Below are positions 23,001 through 35,800 of a stretch of 64,000 nt of DNA, one piece after another. How positions within the stretch are numbered: the stretch's first letter is position 1; every line of letters starts with the position of its first letter. Where the stretch lies: assembly GCA_950097015.1 (NCBI GenBank), contig CATNEN010000003.1:7378001-7442000 (forward strand). Direction: 5' to 3'. The DNA is from Macrostomum hystrix. Taxonomy: Eukaryota; Animalia; Platyhelminthes. The position numbers were made by a program, and so were the translations under genes. Below the pieces are notes generated by a model. It was given only the letters and a program-made list of their open reading frames with translations. It was not told the origin of the DNA and searched no databases.

Positions 23001-26000
23001 CTGCCATCCACCGAGTGTGGCCACTGCCCTGGTGGTCCTTCATCATCGGCTACATCCTGTCAGTGCTCAGCGTCGCGACTTGCACCTACCTGATGGTGGA
23101 GTTCGGCGGAGTGCTCGGTGAGGCCAAGACGTCCGAGTGGCTCGCCTCGATGCTGGTCACGCTGCTGCAGTCAATTGTGCTGATCCAGCCGGTGAAGATC
23201 GTGGTCATCGCCGCCGCCTACGCGCTGCTCGTGAAGAAAATCGACGAGGACGAGGATGAGGTGACGAAGGAGATGATCGCCGCCGGACTGCCACCTGTGC
23301 ACGAGCGGCTCACCTTGAAGGACCTGACGGACCCGAGCAAGCGGGAGATGTTTTTGAAGTCGAAGCGCGCGCCTCCTCCACCTGACGAGCACGTACTGCA
23401 GGAATTGCGTGAGAGAAGGTATGCTCTACTTGCAGTAAAACTCAGATTGAAGTTGCACAAGTAACTGACATACTTAACCCTATTCTTAATAAACTGCTCC
23501 AGACGCTACGAGATGCGAATGAACGATATTTTAATGGATATCGTATTTTACGTCATTTTTCTTATCATCCTTACATCGTCAACCTACGCTACGCAAGACT
23601 ATCGATCGTACATACAGAACTCCTGTGTCAAGAAGATGTTCGTTGATGGCTCAGTAGTTTTTAATGCGAGTCAGTACAAATCAGCAAGAATAGATGCGGC
23701 AACTCGAACAGATTCTGTTTGGGAGTACATCAACAACACAGTGCTACCAACAGCCTATTCAACGGTGTGCTACAATAATGACCCATGCGACATGGTTGGT
23801 CAGAAGTGGACCTTCGATCCGAACCTAATGCTTTTGAGATCCGTTCAACTGAGGCAGCTGCGAATTGGTAAAGCCTTTTCAAATAGGTGTCGCATAACAG
23901 AAGCTCTACGGAATCTCATTGCAAGTTGCAGGGATGCGTACAGCATGGAATATGATGAGGAGGCTGATTTTGCTCCTGGATGGCTGTCTGCCAATAAAAC
24001 AGGTGAGCAGTTGAAATTGTTTAATAGGCTTTATCTTCAGAATAGTTTATGGCCAGTACTGCTAGATTAATCCTTAACCGAATCCTTAATTCGTAATCCT
24101 TACGAATATCAATATCCGTATAGTCTTTGACCACTGGGTCTTTGTCATTTGTGTCTCCATACTTTTTCTCATTAAAAAAAACAGAAGCGAAGCACTCCGA
24201 ATGGAGCTACACAAGCGCACTAGAGATGTACGGCACACCAGTCAGTGGCAGCATCGCCACGTACTCTGGCGGTGGTTATGTAGCATCTCTAGGCGCCAAT
24301 CTGAACGAAGCAAGGACAAGGCTAAGAAACCTATCAGATGCTAAGTGGATAGATGTGTACACAAGAGCGATTTTTATTGAGCTTCTGCTGTACAACCCAA
24401 ACACAAACTTGTACACATTCTGCGATCTGATGTTAGAATTTTTTAACGGCGGCTCTTTTATTCCTTATCCGATGATCTACACGCTTCGTCTTAATCGATA
24501 CTTTGGCATCAACGGGATGATTTACCTGGCAGTGGATTTACTATCTCTGGCTTGCATTGGCGTATTCACTTTCAGAGAGATTCGAGAGTTGCACAAGAAA
24601 AAATGTACCTACTTTCATGTAAGTACCCATCTTACTTTTGATTTACTAGAAGAAACTATACACACCTACTCCCGGACGGACAGATGTACAGCCAGTGGTA
24701 CAGTCGAGACTATTGGGTGTCCATGGACTAAAGAAGGTGCCCCACACGACAACCCGTATCCTCATGCTGGTACCAAATAAAGGGATAGCGAAATGATAAT
24801 TTCCCTCCGGCTGAGATTCGAACTCTTGACTGTCATAAACCATTCAAAAAGCTCTATTAAAAGCAATACAGAATTTGATAGCATTTTCCAAATTTGTCAT
24901 CCTGCTTTAGGGAGCGTTCAACATTCTCGACTTCATTCTGGTGCTTGTTTGTCTCGCTGAGGTTTGTCTAGCCATCTCTCGATTGCTTGTTGAATACGCA
25001 GTGTCAAATCTACTTCTAAAAACGTCTGCTAAGTTTGTTAACTTTCACTGGCTTATTACTTGGAACCAGGTAAGAACATAATATTCATTTCCGGAAGCTT
25101 AGAGAAATGCAAACAACTATGATCTTACCTAGTAAACCAACAAAACTTTTCAGATGAACCAACTATTCACTGGGCTAATTCAGTTCTTGTTCACAATTCG
25201 CTTTCTACGAATTTTGACCTTCAATAAGAAGCTCAGAATGTTGGCCAGCGTTTTGAAAACTGCAGCTCAACCTATGGCCCACTTTGGGGTCTTGTTCGGG
25301 ATCATTTTCTTTGCCTTTACCCAGATGGGATATTTACTCTTCTCTACTACAACTTCATGCTTCAAAACCGCCACCTCAACTATTGAGACTCTGGGTGTAA
25401 TGACGCTGAGTGAGTCATGCTTTATAATTTGACTACTTTATTTGACATGATGAGAGAATTCGACAAAAATATTTTGTACTGGTTTCGTATTTTCGTTTTA
25501 ATCTTGTCTAAGGGTCTTGTCTAAGGCCGGTAGACAGTGAGATATAATTGGCCCAATTTCTGCTCATTCCGCTGACCTCTAAGCATAATGTTGTGAGCTG
25601 CGACTCACAATTCCCTTGCACCGACCCCAGCATTCTCTAACCCTTTCACCCCAGCCAATTGGACATTCAGGTTCTGCCCGGCCCGATTTTGCCCACCCTC
25701 CTTTATCTTGTTGCCGCTCGCCTATTGGCTGCCCCCGCTGGTTGTCTTCGCTGTGGGGTCTAGTCCAATCAAGTCTATCGCCACGGAGGCCTTTGATTGG
25801 CTCGCCTCCCCCATTCTCTTGCTCTCTCTCCCCTCAACCCTGTGAGTTTGGCCCCACCCCACAGCCCTGCGTGCTCTGCTTCTTCGTCCTCTGATCGGAT
25901 ACGAGTTGCCAATCGCTCATCCAAAGATCCTTTCTCCTTCCACATCTTCCCTCGAGTCTGCGAAGTGTCGGTACGCCTCCAGACCGCCACCCACATCACT

Positions 26001-26995
26001 CTGGTGCTGTCGAGTGGCCGCCTGCTCGCAGCTAAGTCATCCGCACCTAAGGGTCGCCGCTCCCCTTCCCACCTCCTCGGCAAGCTCTGGACAGTCCGTA
26101 CCCGAACCCCGACTACCCGTCTGCTGTCTGCTCGACGGTAACGAAATTACAACACATACATAAAGACACGGCACATACCGCTGTGTATATCTGCCATAAT
26201 TGTTTCACTATCAGACAATTTTGGGCGATGGACGTAATAGGCGTAAATTGTCACAAGAAATTTAATAACGCCAGTTTTACTTACAGTGATATTTACTTCA
26301 ATACTTTACAGTGTTTTACTTCAATCTGCTGTGATTGGTAGAACTTTTCTGGCTAGGCTAACATTAAATTTTATTGAAATATGCCCTTCAATTTTGAGTT
26401 GTATTTTATAAACATTTAGTCGCAGCGTTTCTCTTCCTTTCACTCGAATCATGTTGCAGACAAATTCGACTTCACACAGTTCATTAACGGAGCTGGCAAC
26501 CTCGGCATGGTATTCTTCTTTGTCTACATGATATTAGTGTCATTTATTATGGTGAACTTCTTTGTCACCATTGTCATCGAGGCGTTTACAGTTGTTAGGC
26601 TAGACTGGCAACTGGAAGCGAATGAGTTTGAAATTCTAGACTACGTTGTGGCCCAACTCAAATCAATCTGCGGTATGAGGTCGGCAAGCTATCTGGACCA
26701 CGTGGATCAACTTGGGGTGAAATTCTGTTACATAAATGGTATGAACTTTTCAGAGTGTTTTAATCGATTCGCATCTCAATAGATTCTAATACGATCGGCT
26801 ATATGGATGTTGACTGAGCAAATTGTGTATTCCGTTCATGCAGAGACCAATAGTCCGGAGCAGAACGCGCAAGATTTATTGGACAGACTTACCGAATTAG
26901 AAATATTCATCAGTACGGCGGCGGTTGCTGCGCCAAACGCTGACACTGCTACTAATGACAATGGGAAAATGCGAAACATAATCAACACGGAATAA
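11043..26995 (+). CDS. Polycystin-1-like (PKD1L/REJ-type) protein, paralog A; multi-exon
   Basis: Signal exon 11043-11118 (an in-frame ATG at 11019 is also possible) and WSC-like exons 11211-11367 and 11595-11773 (AGIYGPICFCG). PKD domains (VDFGNG, VNFGDG, WDFGDG) and a large exon 15771-~18517 with the REJ region follow. GPS QCFSSHLTIF at ~21610-21640, PLAT (RIWHDNSGSDPKWYL), TM exon with HLWLSV...SKFTRVQR, TOP domain (YSGGGY, WIDVYTRAIFIE) and channel helices (FIMVNFFVTIV). Stop at 26995. Confidence 0.93.
11844..12186 (+). mobile_element. SINE family A, copy 2 (3' tail resumes at ~13715-13741 after a nested insertion)
   Basis: Same head and body as the other copies. The tail AGCCCTCCTGTAATCATCAATATT is displaced by the 12187-13706 element. 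Confidence 0.8.
12187..13706 (-). mobile_element. Internally deleted DNA transposon, probably Mutator-like (MULE)
   Basis: Termini GGGT...ACCC with multiple subterminal TTCGTCAAC repeats, and an 8-bp flanking duplication ATCCTAGC/ATGCTAGC. Minus-strand remnants RPRQQKLQCDRCERWQHRVC (PHD-like) and YPLIHLLHKEALLVPLQ...LQVKVEGYWEQY resemble MULE transposase termini. Confidence 0.7.
25589..26154. mobile_element. Solo LTR in an intron of paralog A
   Basis: TGTTGT...ACAACA termini, flanks CATAA/CATAC (5-bp TSD with one mismatch), and a GC-rich 566-bp block inside an AT-rich intron. Confidence 0.65.
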
Positions 26996-29750
26996 CATGC
27001 CGTTTTGAAAAGTGGCAGTTGAAAGTTTGTAACAAACAATTATTTACAATGGAATCATGATAGAAACTTTTTCCTCGATAGCGTTTTCTCTATTTCAATT
27101 CAGTTTATACTTAAGTATAATCTTATTTATATGGGATGTTTTAGACCAGGAGTAAGAATTTAATTCTTCTGGAACTTCTGGTGGTCGGGATTTTGATCTT
27201 AGAGTTTTTCAGCAATAAACTTTAAGCAATTACAGCTGTGTCTCTGTTAATATTTCGTCTAGGACTCTAGGAAACCACAAACTGGCCTGTGAGAAATTGC
27301 GCACTGTAAGACTAAAAAAATGGCTTATGAAAACAGAACGTGTCCAAAACTGTTCAAAATTTCAAAAGCCTATCAGCTGATGACAAAATTGTGTATTTAA
27401 TGACACAGGAAAGCACAGAATTAACAGAAAGTTTTGTGGACTCCATAGAAAGCATAATTAAAGCTAGATAAAAAAGCCACTGCCCTGAGGCCCATAGTTA
27501 GAATGCTCGATTATAGTTTAAGTTTTGTTTTTTTTAATTTGATCGCAACTCGCAAAAACACAATAGTTTTTCTCCTTTCGGGATTTCAGATTTCAGTTTT
27601 GATCTCAGTCAGTCTTAATTTTCTCTTTAAATTTCAATATTTTTTTTGTTTTAATGCCTTTGTTTACAAATTTCAAATATTTTATTCACCCAAAATTAAT
27701 ATTAGACATGAGCACTACTGTTTTTCTATCGTTTTTTAAATTGAATTGTTTAGCCTTGTTACCAACATCAAATAAACAAAAAATCAGCACCCAATCGGCG
27801 TGCGCACTGCAATAAGAATAATAATAATAATCTGGCCAAAACTATTTTGGAACCACTATTCTTATCTAGTTCGCATCTATTTTATAGAGAATTCGTTTCT
27901 TTAGTGATGGCTTCTTTAAAAATTTTTTTACATATTTTCTTATATTTCCCTATCGATTATATCTATCTTAATTGCCTAATTCTTTTCGCATGAATATACG
28001 AGCAATATATACAAAACTGTTTTTACTCTTAATACGCCTTTGAGTAGCAAAACTTTGGTTTTCACTCTGCCTAAAATTCTGCCCCGCAAGTAACTTTTTG
28101 GATGTACTCATTCAATCTTTTTTATTTTCTCTAATTTATATTAGCCTTGAAAAGCTTAAACTAAGTATAACAAAATGAAATACACTGTCTATATACGGTT
28201 GGAAGCTTGTTTTCATAGCAAGAAAACAAACTACAAAACCAATATGTCTTCAACTTAACCTTAGTTGCATTGCGACCTGCTTTGCCTCTTTTTAGCTATT
28301 TTATTAGATCTTGACTTTGGTCGAGTGATATTTTAAAATTAAGCATGATCACTAAATAAAATATTAAATGAACAATAGTATCAGACGCATCATCGTTAAA
28401 TTAAAGGCGCGTTTGGCCTGTCGTCTCTTTTCACTCTGTCCTAAATTACGAGATTTCACTCGTGAATTTTCTGCTTAATTTGGTGAAACAATAGGATCAT
28501 TTTTTTTAATTTCGACAAAATTTGTAAAAAATTTCTGCTGTCTTAAGTTAGAAGACTGATGCGAGTTGTCCAATTGGTTGTTGCAACACTACAATTAGTT
28601 TAGCGTTTGGGACGATACTGACTCTACTGCCAGGATCTACTGGCAAAGGAAAATATCATTTTCACAACTCAAGCAATGCCGCGCTTCAGCAGGAGCAACT
28701 TCAGTGATAAATAGAGAAAAACAGTTCTAATTGTTTGAACAGCGTGATAGCGCATGTTCTTTGCCACCATTCAAATAGACAGGTATAGCAAATAGAAATA
28801 GCAAATAGACAGGTAATGATTTTGCGAATTTAACTCTATGTAAAGTTCAATTTTTGACTGACTATAATGAACTTTGTGGAGTAACCAAATTCTTTGCAAT
28901 TAGGTAAGGACTAATATAAAATGTTAAAGCATCAAAAAGTCGTTTGATTTGACTACCGTTAAATCCGAGACTATTCTGTCTTTTTCTGCTTGCCCAGTGC
29001 ATCACAGACAGACACAGGCTGTTATTTTTAAGGCAAGATTCAGGCACAAGTTACTCGCTGGTTGCTTGAAAAGGCAGCTTTACGAGCGCAAAGTGTCTCA
29101 GAATTCTGGTTGTGAGGCCATGGTAACAGAAAAAGGGTGTTCAGGAAGGCAAACAAACAGCTGGAAGTGTTGCGCGCCTCAGATGCCTGGTTGGCCAAGA
29201 TGATGAAGTGAGCGCTTCACAAGCGGCATCGATTCTGAGTCTTTTTTCTTTTGTCTAAAAAGAAACAATGCTCAGGTCTCAGGAGCGTTTCTAGATGCGT
29301 CGCTGGCAAACACGAGCTCTCGCGCAATCAATCACCCGCCTTCCCAAGGCCAACATTCCCGCTCTTGCAGTTGGCAGCTACCTTTGCCTCTTAACCTTCC
29401 GGATGCCTCAAACAAGCAACCAGCCTTGTTGCCCCTCCTCATTCTCAATTGTATGGCAGCATAAGCTGAAATGCTTTGGCCGGTGCGATGTGGCAAAAGT
29501 TTCGGAATGAGTGGCACGCCGCCTGTTGACTAGAGGGAGACAAACTATTGTTGAGAAACTTTCAAGATCAGACCAGGGTGCTCAGGAGGGAAGAGAAGTG
29601 CTGGCGGCGCTTTGCTTGGCTGCTCTCCGCATCGTCTTCCACTGCTTTGCATTGTCTAGCGCCCCAGCGACTCCCAAAGCGATTTCTCTCCGCATCCCCT
29701 TTCTACTGACGCTTTGCCCAATGCAGTTTTGTTTTACGCTGCTTATCCCG

Positions 29751-29764
29751 GTTGCTATGGCACT
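29751..29764 (+). promoter_or_regulatory. RFX X-box-like element upstream of polycystin gene B
   Basis: GTTGCTATGGCACT matches GTTGCYATGGCAAC at 12 of 14 positions and lies ~126 bp before the ATG at 29890. Confidence 0.45.
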
Positions 29765-29889
29765 CGTATGAAGAGAGATCTGTTGGTTGGGAATGGATGG
29801 AGTCAACTGAGGATATAATCGAGCTATCTTTCCACTGAGACGAGCTTAAAGAAAAATTCCGACATAGAAAGTGTAGGACCTAATATCAA

Positions 29890-32800
29890 ATGAGGCATAA
29901 AATGCAGCTTCATGTTTTTGTTGAAATAGTCACCTTTGTTTTAATTGTAATTGATTTAGCCGAGTGTCAAGGTAGGTTGTTATGATTTATTAGTCTGTTG
30001 ATAAAGTCAGAAATGGCCAAAGAACCAAGTTTATACACGTAATTCTCGCACAAAACTTGTTCAAGTCCCGGGTTCGACTTACTTGCAGGCCTTCAAAGCG
30101 TCGGTTGCAAGTTGACCAACAGCACGGCTACGCAGCGCTCGTTTCGCGTTAATCCCGGAGTTCTAGGCGGCTCCGAAGTGCCTGCAGCTGCCGACCCGGC
30201 CACCTGCGTAGCCAAGTGCATCGAAGTGCCCACTGCAACACGGTACAGGTGAGCAAATATTAATAGTACGTCATCTGGTAGCGCTCGAAAATACCATGCA
30301 GTTAGAAGTACATTGACGGCAGTCCGCTAAATGATGTGACCCCTAACTGACGAAAAACCCCTCAGCACTTCATCTTTGGGACTCAATAACTGCGACGTCG
30401 TAGCTCATTTGCACGGAGTCGCCAAACTTTATGTTTACCTGTTCATTTCTTAAGGAGTGAGATTGAGCAGCTACACGCTAGTATAGTTATTTTTAATTCA
30501 GTACCTCATTTGCGCTAACGCCATCGCGCGCAAATTCTAATTCAGTTTTTCTGGAATCTACACGTCGCTATGCTTCTGTGGCTACAATGCGCCCACCAAC
30601 AATGCCACCGGATGCAGCGAGACGTGCCCCTCCGAGGCTCAGTGCCGCGTCGTGTCTTGGAACTCCCAGCTGATGCTTTATCCCATTGCGGCAAGCACAG
30701 AGCCCACCAAGCTAGAATTAAGAGTCACTAAAGGTACGAAATCGTTGTACGAATAATTTTTTCTTCGATTACATACTCGTAATTGTATAAATTATTATTA
30801 TAATTAATTACACGCGACAAAATCGCTATTGCGTGGCGTACGAGTATCTGAAGTTTGTGTACTGCTATTGAGTTGCATGGACGCCTGACTATCGTCACAG
30901 TCAGTCATTTCAGTATTTACCGAAATGTATTGCTTCACCCGTTATCAGAGTACCCACCCAAGGATCTAAGGCCCGTTGAGACGTAAATGCATTTGAAGTT
31001 AATTGTTTCTGAAAAGACCTCGTTCTTTTATTCGTAACATCCGATCCTTTATTTGAGAATCGCCAAATGATAGCACAATAAAATATAGTTTGTAAATATC
31101 TATTAGCAGTAATCATAAATTTCACCTACCCTAATTGGGCCAGATGTGCAGCCGACAGCACAGCCGCAGCTATTGCGCGGCGCATCAAAGGCTGCGTACA
31201 GCTGTTCAGTCCATGAACGGACTGGGTGACGCCACACCCACCCTCAATTACTCCAGCTGATACCGCTACCCATTTATCAGATGGGTGAACTGAAGCAATG
31301 CAGAGTGAAGTGTCTTTCTAAAGGACACAGATTGTCCCAGTGGAATTGGGAATCGAACCCCCGACCTGTGGGTCTTAAGTCATGACGCTATAACAACTAA
31401 GCCACAACGCATTACAAGGCTGCCAACCATTTTTTACATTTACCCAAATAGGGTACATCCAAGCGTATAAGCATCGTTTTGTGACAGAGTAGAACCGCAG
31501 CCAGCGAGAGGCAATTCTGCTCATTTTAATGACTTATGAGCACGAAAGCCTACAGATTACCGTACTTGAGCACATAATTATACAGATGTGTTTATCTGTT
31601 ATATACTTTTGTATACACTGCTTGTGGCATCATCAAAATTTTACCAGTTCATCAGTAGACTATATGTTGGGATAATGGGTCGAACTATTGTCGGACGTAT
31701 CTGCAATCCAAGCCTAACCTACTCCAATACACCAATAAGTGCGAACTTTGCATTAGAGGGCATCACTTTTTGCTTGTTTTATCAAGTCTAAAAGGCATTC
31801 AGTTTAGTTATTTAGTAATTTTTTCCTCTCAAATGCTCCTACAAAAACTGCACGGCCAAGGAAAACGACAACACCCCAGTATAAATAGGAGTAATGCTAA
31901 TCATTTTTCTATTTGCAGTACCGACCGGATCGAATGGCGAGCAAGCGGTGCAGGACCGGATGTCTGCCTTCATCACTTCGGACTTAACCAACGGATTCAC
32001 TGGCAGAATTTTGGACCACGATCCTCACCTGACAACCGGAGCGTCTACCTCATCTGTGTTGCTGGATTTGCCTATTTCCGTATCGAATTTCACCGATATT
32101 TTGCCAAGACCTACTCACTCGGGTGAGTGTATGCCTTTGCTTGTAATCATGATTGCGAGCGATGGCACATCATTTGGTGACACTAGACCAGCAGCCAGCG
32201 AAGAGGCAATTCTGCCCACTTCGCTGACTCCTGAGCACATACGCACACCGCTCACACAGATGTGTAAATCTGCCCTGACTTTTTCATCGCCAGGCAGTGT
32301 ACACACTCATTGTGCCTTGGAGGTTGGCTGTCAAGGGCATAAATGGCATGACAAGTTCCCAAACCTTCTCTCCGTGGCTGAACCATAAATGAATGTTGCT
32401 TTGCCGCGTAATCGAGCTTATGGACTTTTGTCGAGGCAAACACGTTAACCGCTCTGCCCGCCACCGACCCCCGACTCAACTTATAGCTTGAGATTGGTAG
32501 TTAGTATGTGAACCGGGGAGAAACAAAATGTGTCTTTGGGCAATTAAAATTTCATTATCAAGTAGTGGCTTCTCTAGGCAATGGATATTGGAACGATGCC
32601 TTCTATCTGTCCTTGCATATGATTCTCAAATAATACAGGCAGTCGTTATGTGCTACACGCGGTGTCAAATTCAAGTCAGGTGGAGCTTCAAAAGACCAAT
32701 GTCACCCGAACCTATCAGCGCCTATTTGGGGCCCAGTTGGTCGTGGATTATCGAGGAAACCAGTACGGCGCCGTCTCTAAAGGCTCCGAGGTGGCAGTGG

Positions 32801-35800
32801 TGGCAAGCATTAACCTTGGCACCAACAAGACTGCAACGGTAGACTTTGGAAATGGCGATATTAAACCCATCACTAACTTCGTCGGTAAGATTTTTAGAGT
32901 ATAATGTACAGGTTGAATTTAGGAACAATTTCATGCTCCAAAAATGCAATCACGCCAATATCGCAAGCTCAAACTCATATAGTAACTATGTCATTGTCTC
33001 GTGTTAATAGCTCAGATTAGAACCGATACTAGCCATCTTTTTCAAGATTTTAGTGCTGTTCTGCAAAGAATTACCAGCAGATAGCAAATGCAGCGACATT
33101 TGTCTTTTAGCTTTCCTTGGATATTTTTTTATCTTACCAATTCTTCAACGAATTCCAGAACCAATGGCCCGCACTTTTCGAAAGCTGCGCATGGGTGAAT
33201 ATGAAGGCAATGGCACCTTGCGATTAAGGCTAGCCAACTCTGGATCGCCGCTAATTCTGCTCCGCGAGTTTGATTTCAAACAGGCGACGACAATCACTCA
33301 GGTCCACTTTCATACGTTCGCGGCGTCTGGCTTTCAAGTTGAGGTAGGCTGCACCTTAAATAATAATTGCTGGAGGGCTTCGAGCAAATGGCACATCATT
33401 TGGTGACACTAGACCCGCAACCAGCGAGGAGGCAATTCTGCTCATTTCGCTGACTCCTGAACACACACGCACTCAAATACGTACGCAGACACACGCTCAC
33501 ACATGTGTGTACACAGGTGTGCCCCTGTCTTTCTAATCGATAGACGGTGTACACTCTCACTGTGCCTTGGAGGTTGGTCCACAATGGACCAAGTCCCCAA
33601 GCTAATGGGCACCCGAAATTAATGAGACTCGCCGCGGAATCGAGCTCTGCAGAGACCTTGGTGCGAGAGGCAATCACGTTAACGGCTCTGCCACTCACTC
33701 TGCAATAATAATAATAAATAACTTGAACCTTAGTTGATGTCTAATTTATCTCGTCAACTTTGCAGAATTTTCTAACTATCCTATTTCATCTTTTTTGTTA
33801 CTCCAGGTACTTCACTACAGACCAATGTGCTCTAACGTGACGGTCTACTGCTATTACAGCAACTTGTGCATTCCAGTGACGGGCAAATGCACGGGGAGTG
33901 TCCGAGCAAGTTCTTGCACAGGTAGCAACAGATGGAGTGCAGTGTCAGGCGCCTGCGTCAATCCAAGCACTGGTCAAGCGAACCGCAGCACTGTGCCACT
34001 CTTCGCCGGTAACTATCAACTGATCAGGAGTGTAGTCATCACTGCTGTTTCTGGCTTCAATCTTGTGAACTTAAACAGCTCCAATTACCTGGAGGTGTTG
34101 CCAGGTGACATCATCGGGATCAAAGACTCCACCGAAAGCCTCTCCGAAAAGGTTGGTGCCACATCCGACGTGGCAAGTGCCGCGGATGCCGGAGGAGTCC
34201 TGACGGTGTCGCCAGTTGTTGCACCGAGTGGAGACCTGGCAGTTCAGCTGTTTGGGTTTAGGCAGAGCAGGGTTTTTCTGTCCACTGTGTACAATGATAG
34301 CGCCTGCTTAAATTGGACTTTGCCCGCGTGCTCCAACGACCGCAACTACACAATCCAGCTGAATATTGAAAATGCCACGACTGTAAACAAGACTGTCATA
34401 GTGCAGGTACCCATTTCAGAAGCCACAGTTGTGGCCAGCACACTATTGTGTAAGTAAACTTAGCGAAATTTTCAGGAATGTCACTTCTTACTCGAAACCT
34501 CGATTTACCAAACATATTATTCACTTTAGCCCGATCTGGTGTACATGTTGCATTCGAAGTGCAGAGTCATCCAGGTAGCAGGCCGACATACGCGTGCAAT
34601 TTCTCTGATGGCAGTCTGGATTTGCAGACGGTGAGCAAGAGCTTCAGTCACGTGTACACGGTCGACGGAATGTTTAGCACTAGGTGTGTAGCAACAAACC
34701 TGATATCAACGCAACAACTGCCCGCGGTAAGTAGAGCTATTTAACGTAAACGTTCAGCTCAAATCTCTATTTCGCCTATTATATACAAGCATTGGTAAAA
34801 TGAGTCCTCAATGCTAAAATAATTTCAGCTAACCATATCAATTGAGCACCCACTGAGCCAAAGCTCTGTGTCCATCGATTGCACTGATGCACTCCTGATT
34901 CTTCCCAACTCTACGGCAATCAAAACCTTCTACTTTAACTACACTGGGCCTTCCAATGTCATTCCAAGCAACGTCCATCTCGACTATTACATCATCAACG
35001 TTGCCAACGTGTCAAGTCGGTTCGCCTGGACTTCTCTGCGGTCATATTATTCTGAAAGTCGGCACTTTACATACGGCGAATTCGACATCAACGGAACACT
35101 CTGGAATCGCGTGTCGAATTTCAGCTTCCAGTGTCACGTGACTGTTCAGGAAAAGATCCTCAACCCGCGACTCGTCTCGAGCACCAGATTGGGACTCACG
35201 GATCAAACAATCGGGTTCGTTTTCACCGTCGACTGGGGCTCAGATTACCGACTCGAAGTGAACTTCGGTGACGGCCGCGTCGAAAATCTTACCGTCAGCG
35301 GCCGTCAACACACCGTGCTGTTGAATCACACGTACATGACGTCCGCGAACTTCACCATCACCGCTCGAGTCACCAACAAGGTGAGCTCTGAGACCATCAC
35401 AATGGACGGGACTACCATTGAAATTCTGCTCGTCCCGTTCGGCTTTGCCATCGCGTCGCTGACAACCAGCTTGATAGACATGCGATCATCAAACAGCACG
35501 AACCCGGGCTTCATTCTGTGTGCCAGCGCAAACTACACCTCGCAGCCCAATCTGTATCTAGGCGATGTCACCATTGACAAGGGCGACGGAAGTGCGGCGA
35601 CTGGACCCACTCGAATTACCAACTGCAATGCTGGGAGCACTGCTCAAACCACGGCCTGCACGAGCATCGATCCGGGACTCATTTTCTGCTACTTGTTCCC
35701 GACACAGACGTACTCCTGGACTGGAAACTTCACGGCCACAGTGACAGTCGCCAAGCCGATCGGGTCCCAGACGATCAAGCAGAATGTCTCGATCTTTGCA

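Noticed and set aside
28860-29810. Short ORFs between the two polycystin genes
   Set aside because: No recognisable domain or consistent splice structure, so treated as intergenic or promoter sequence.
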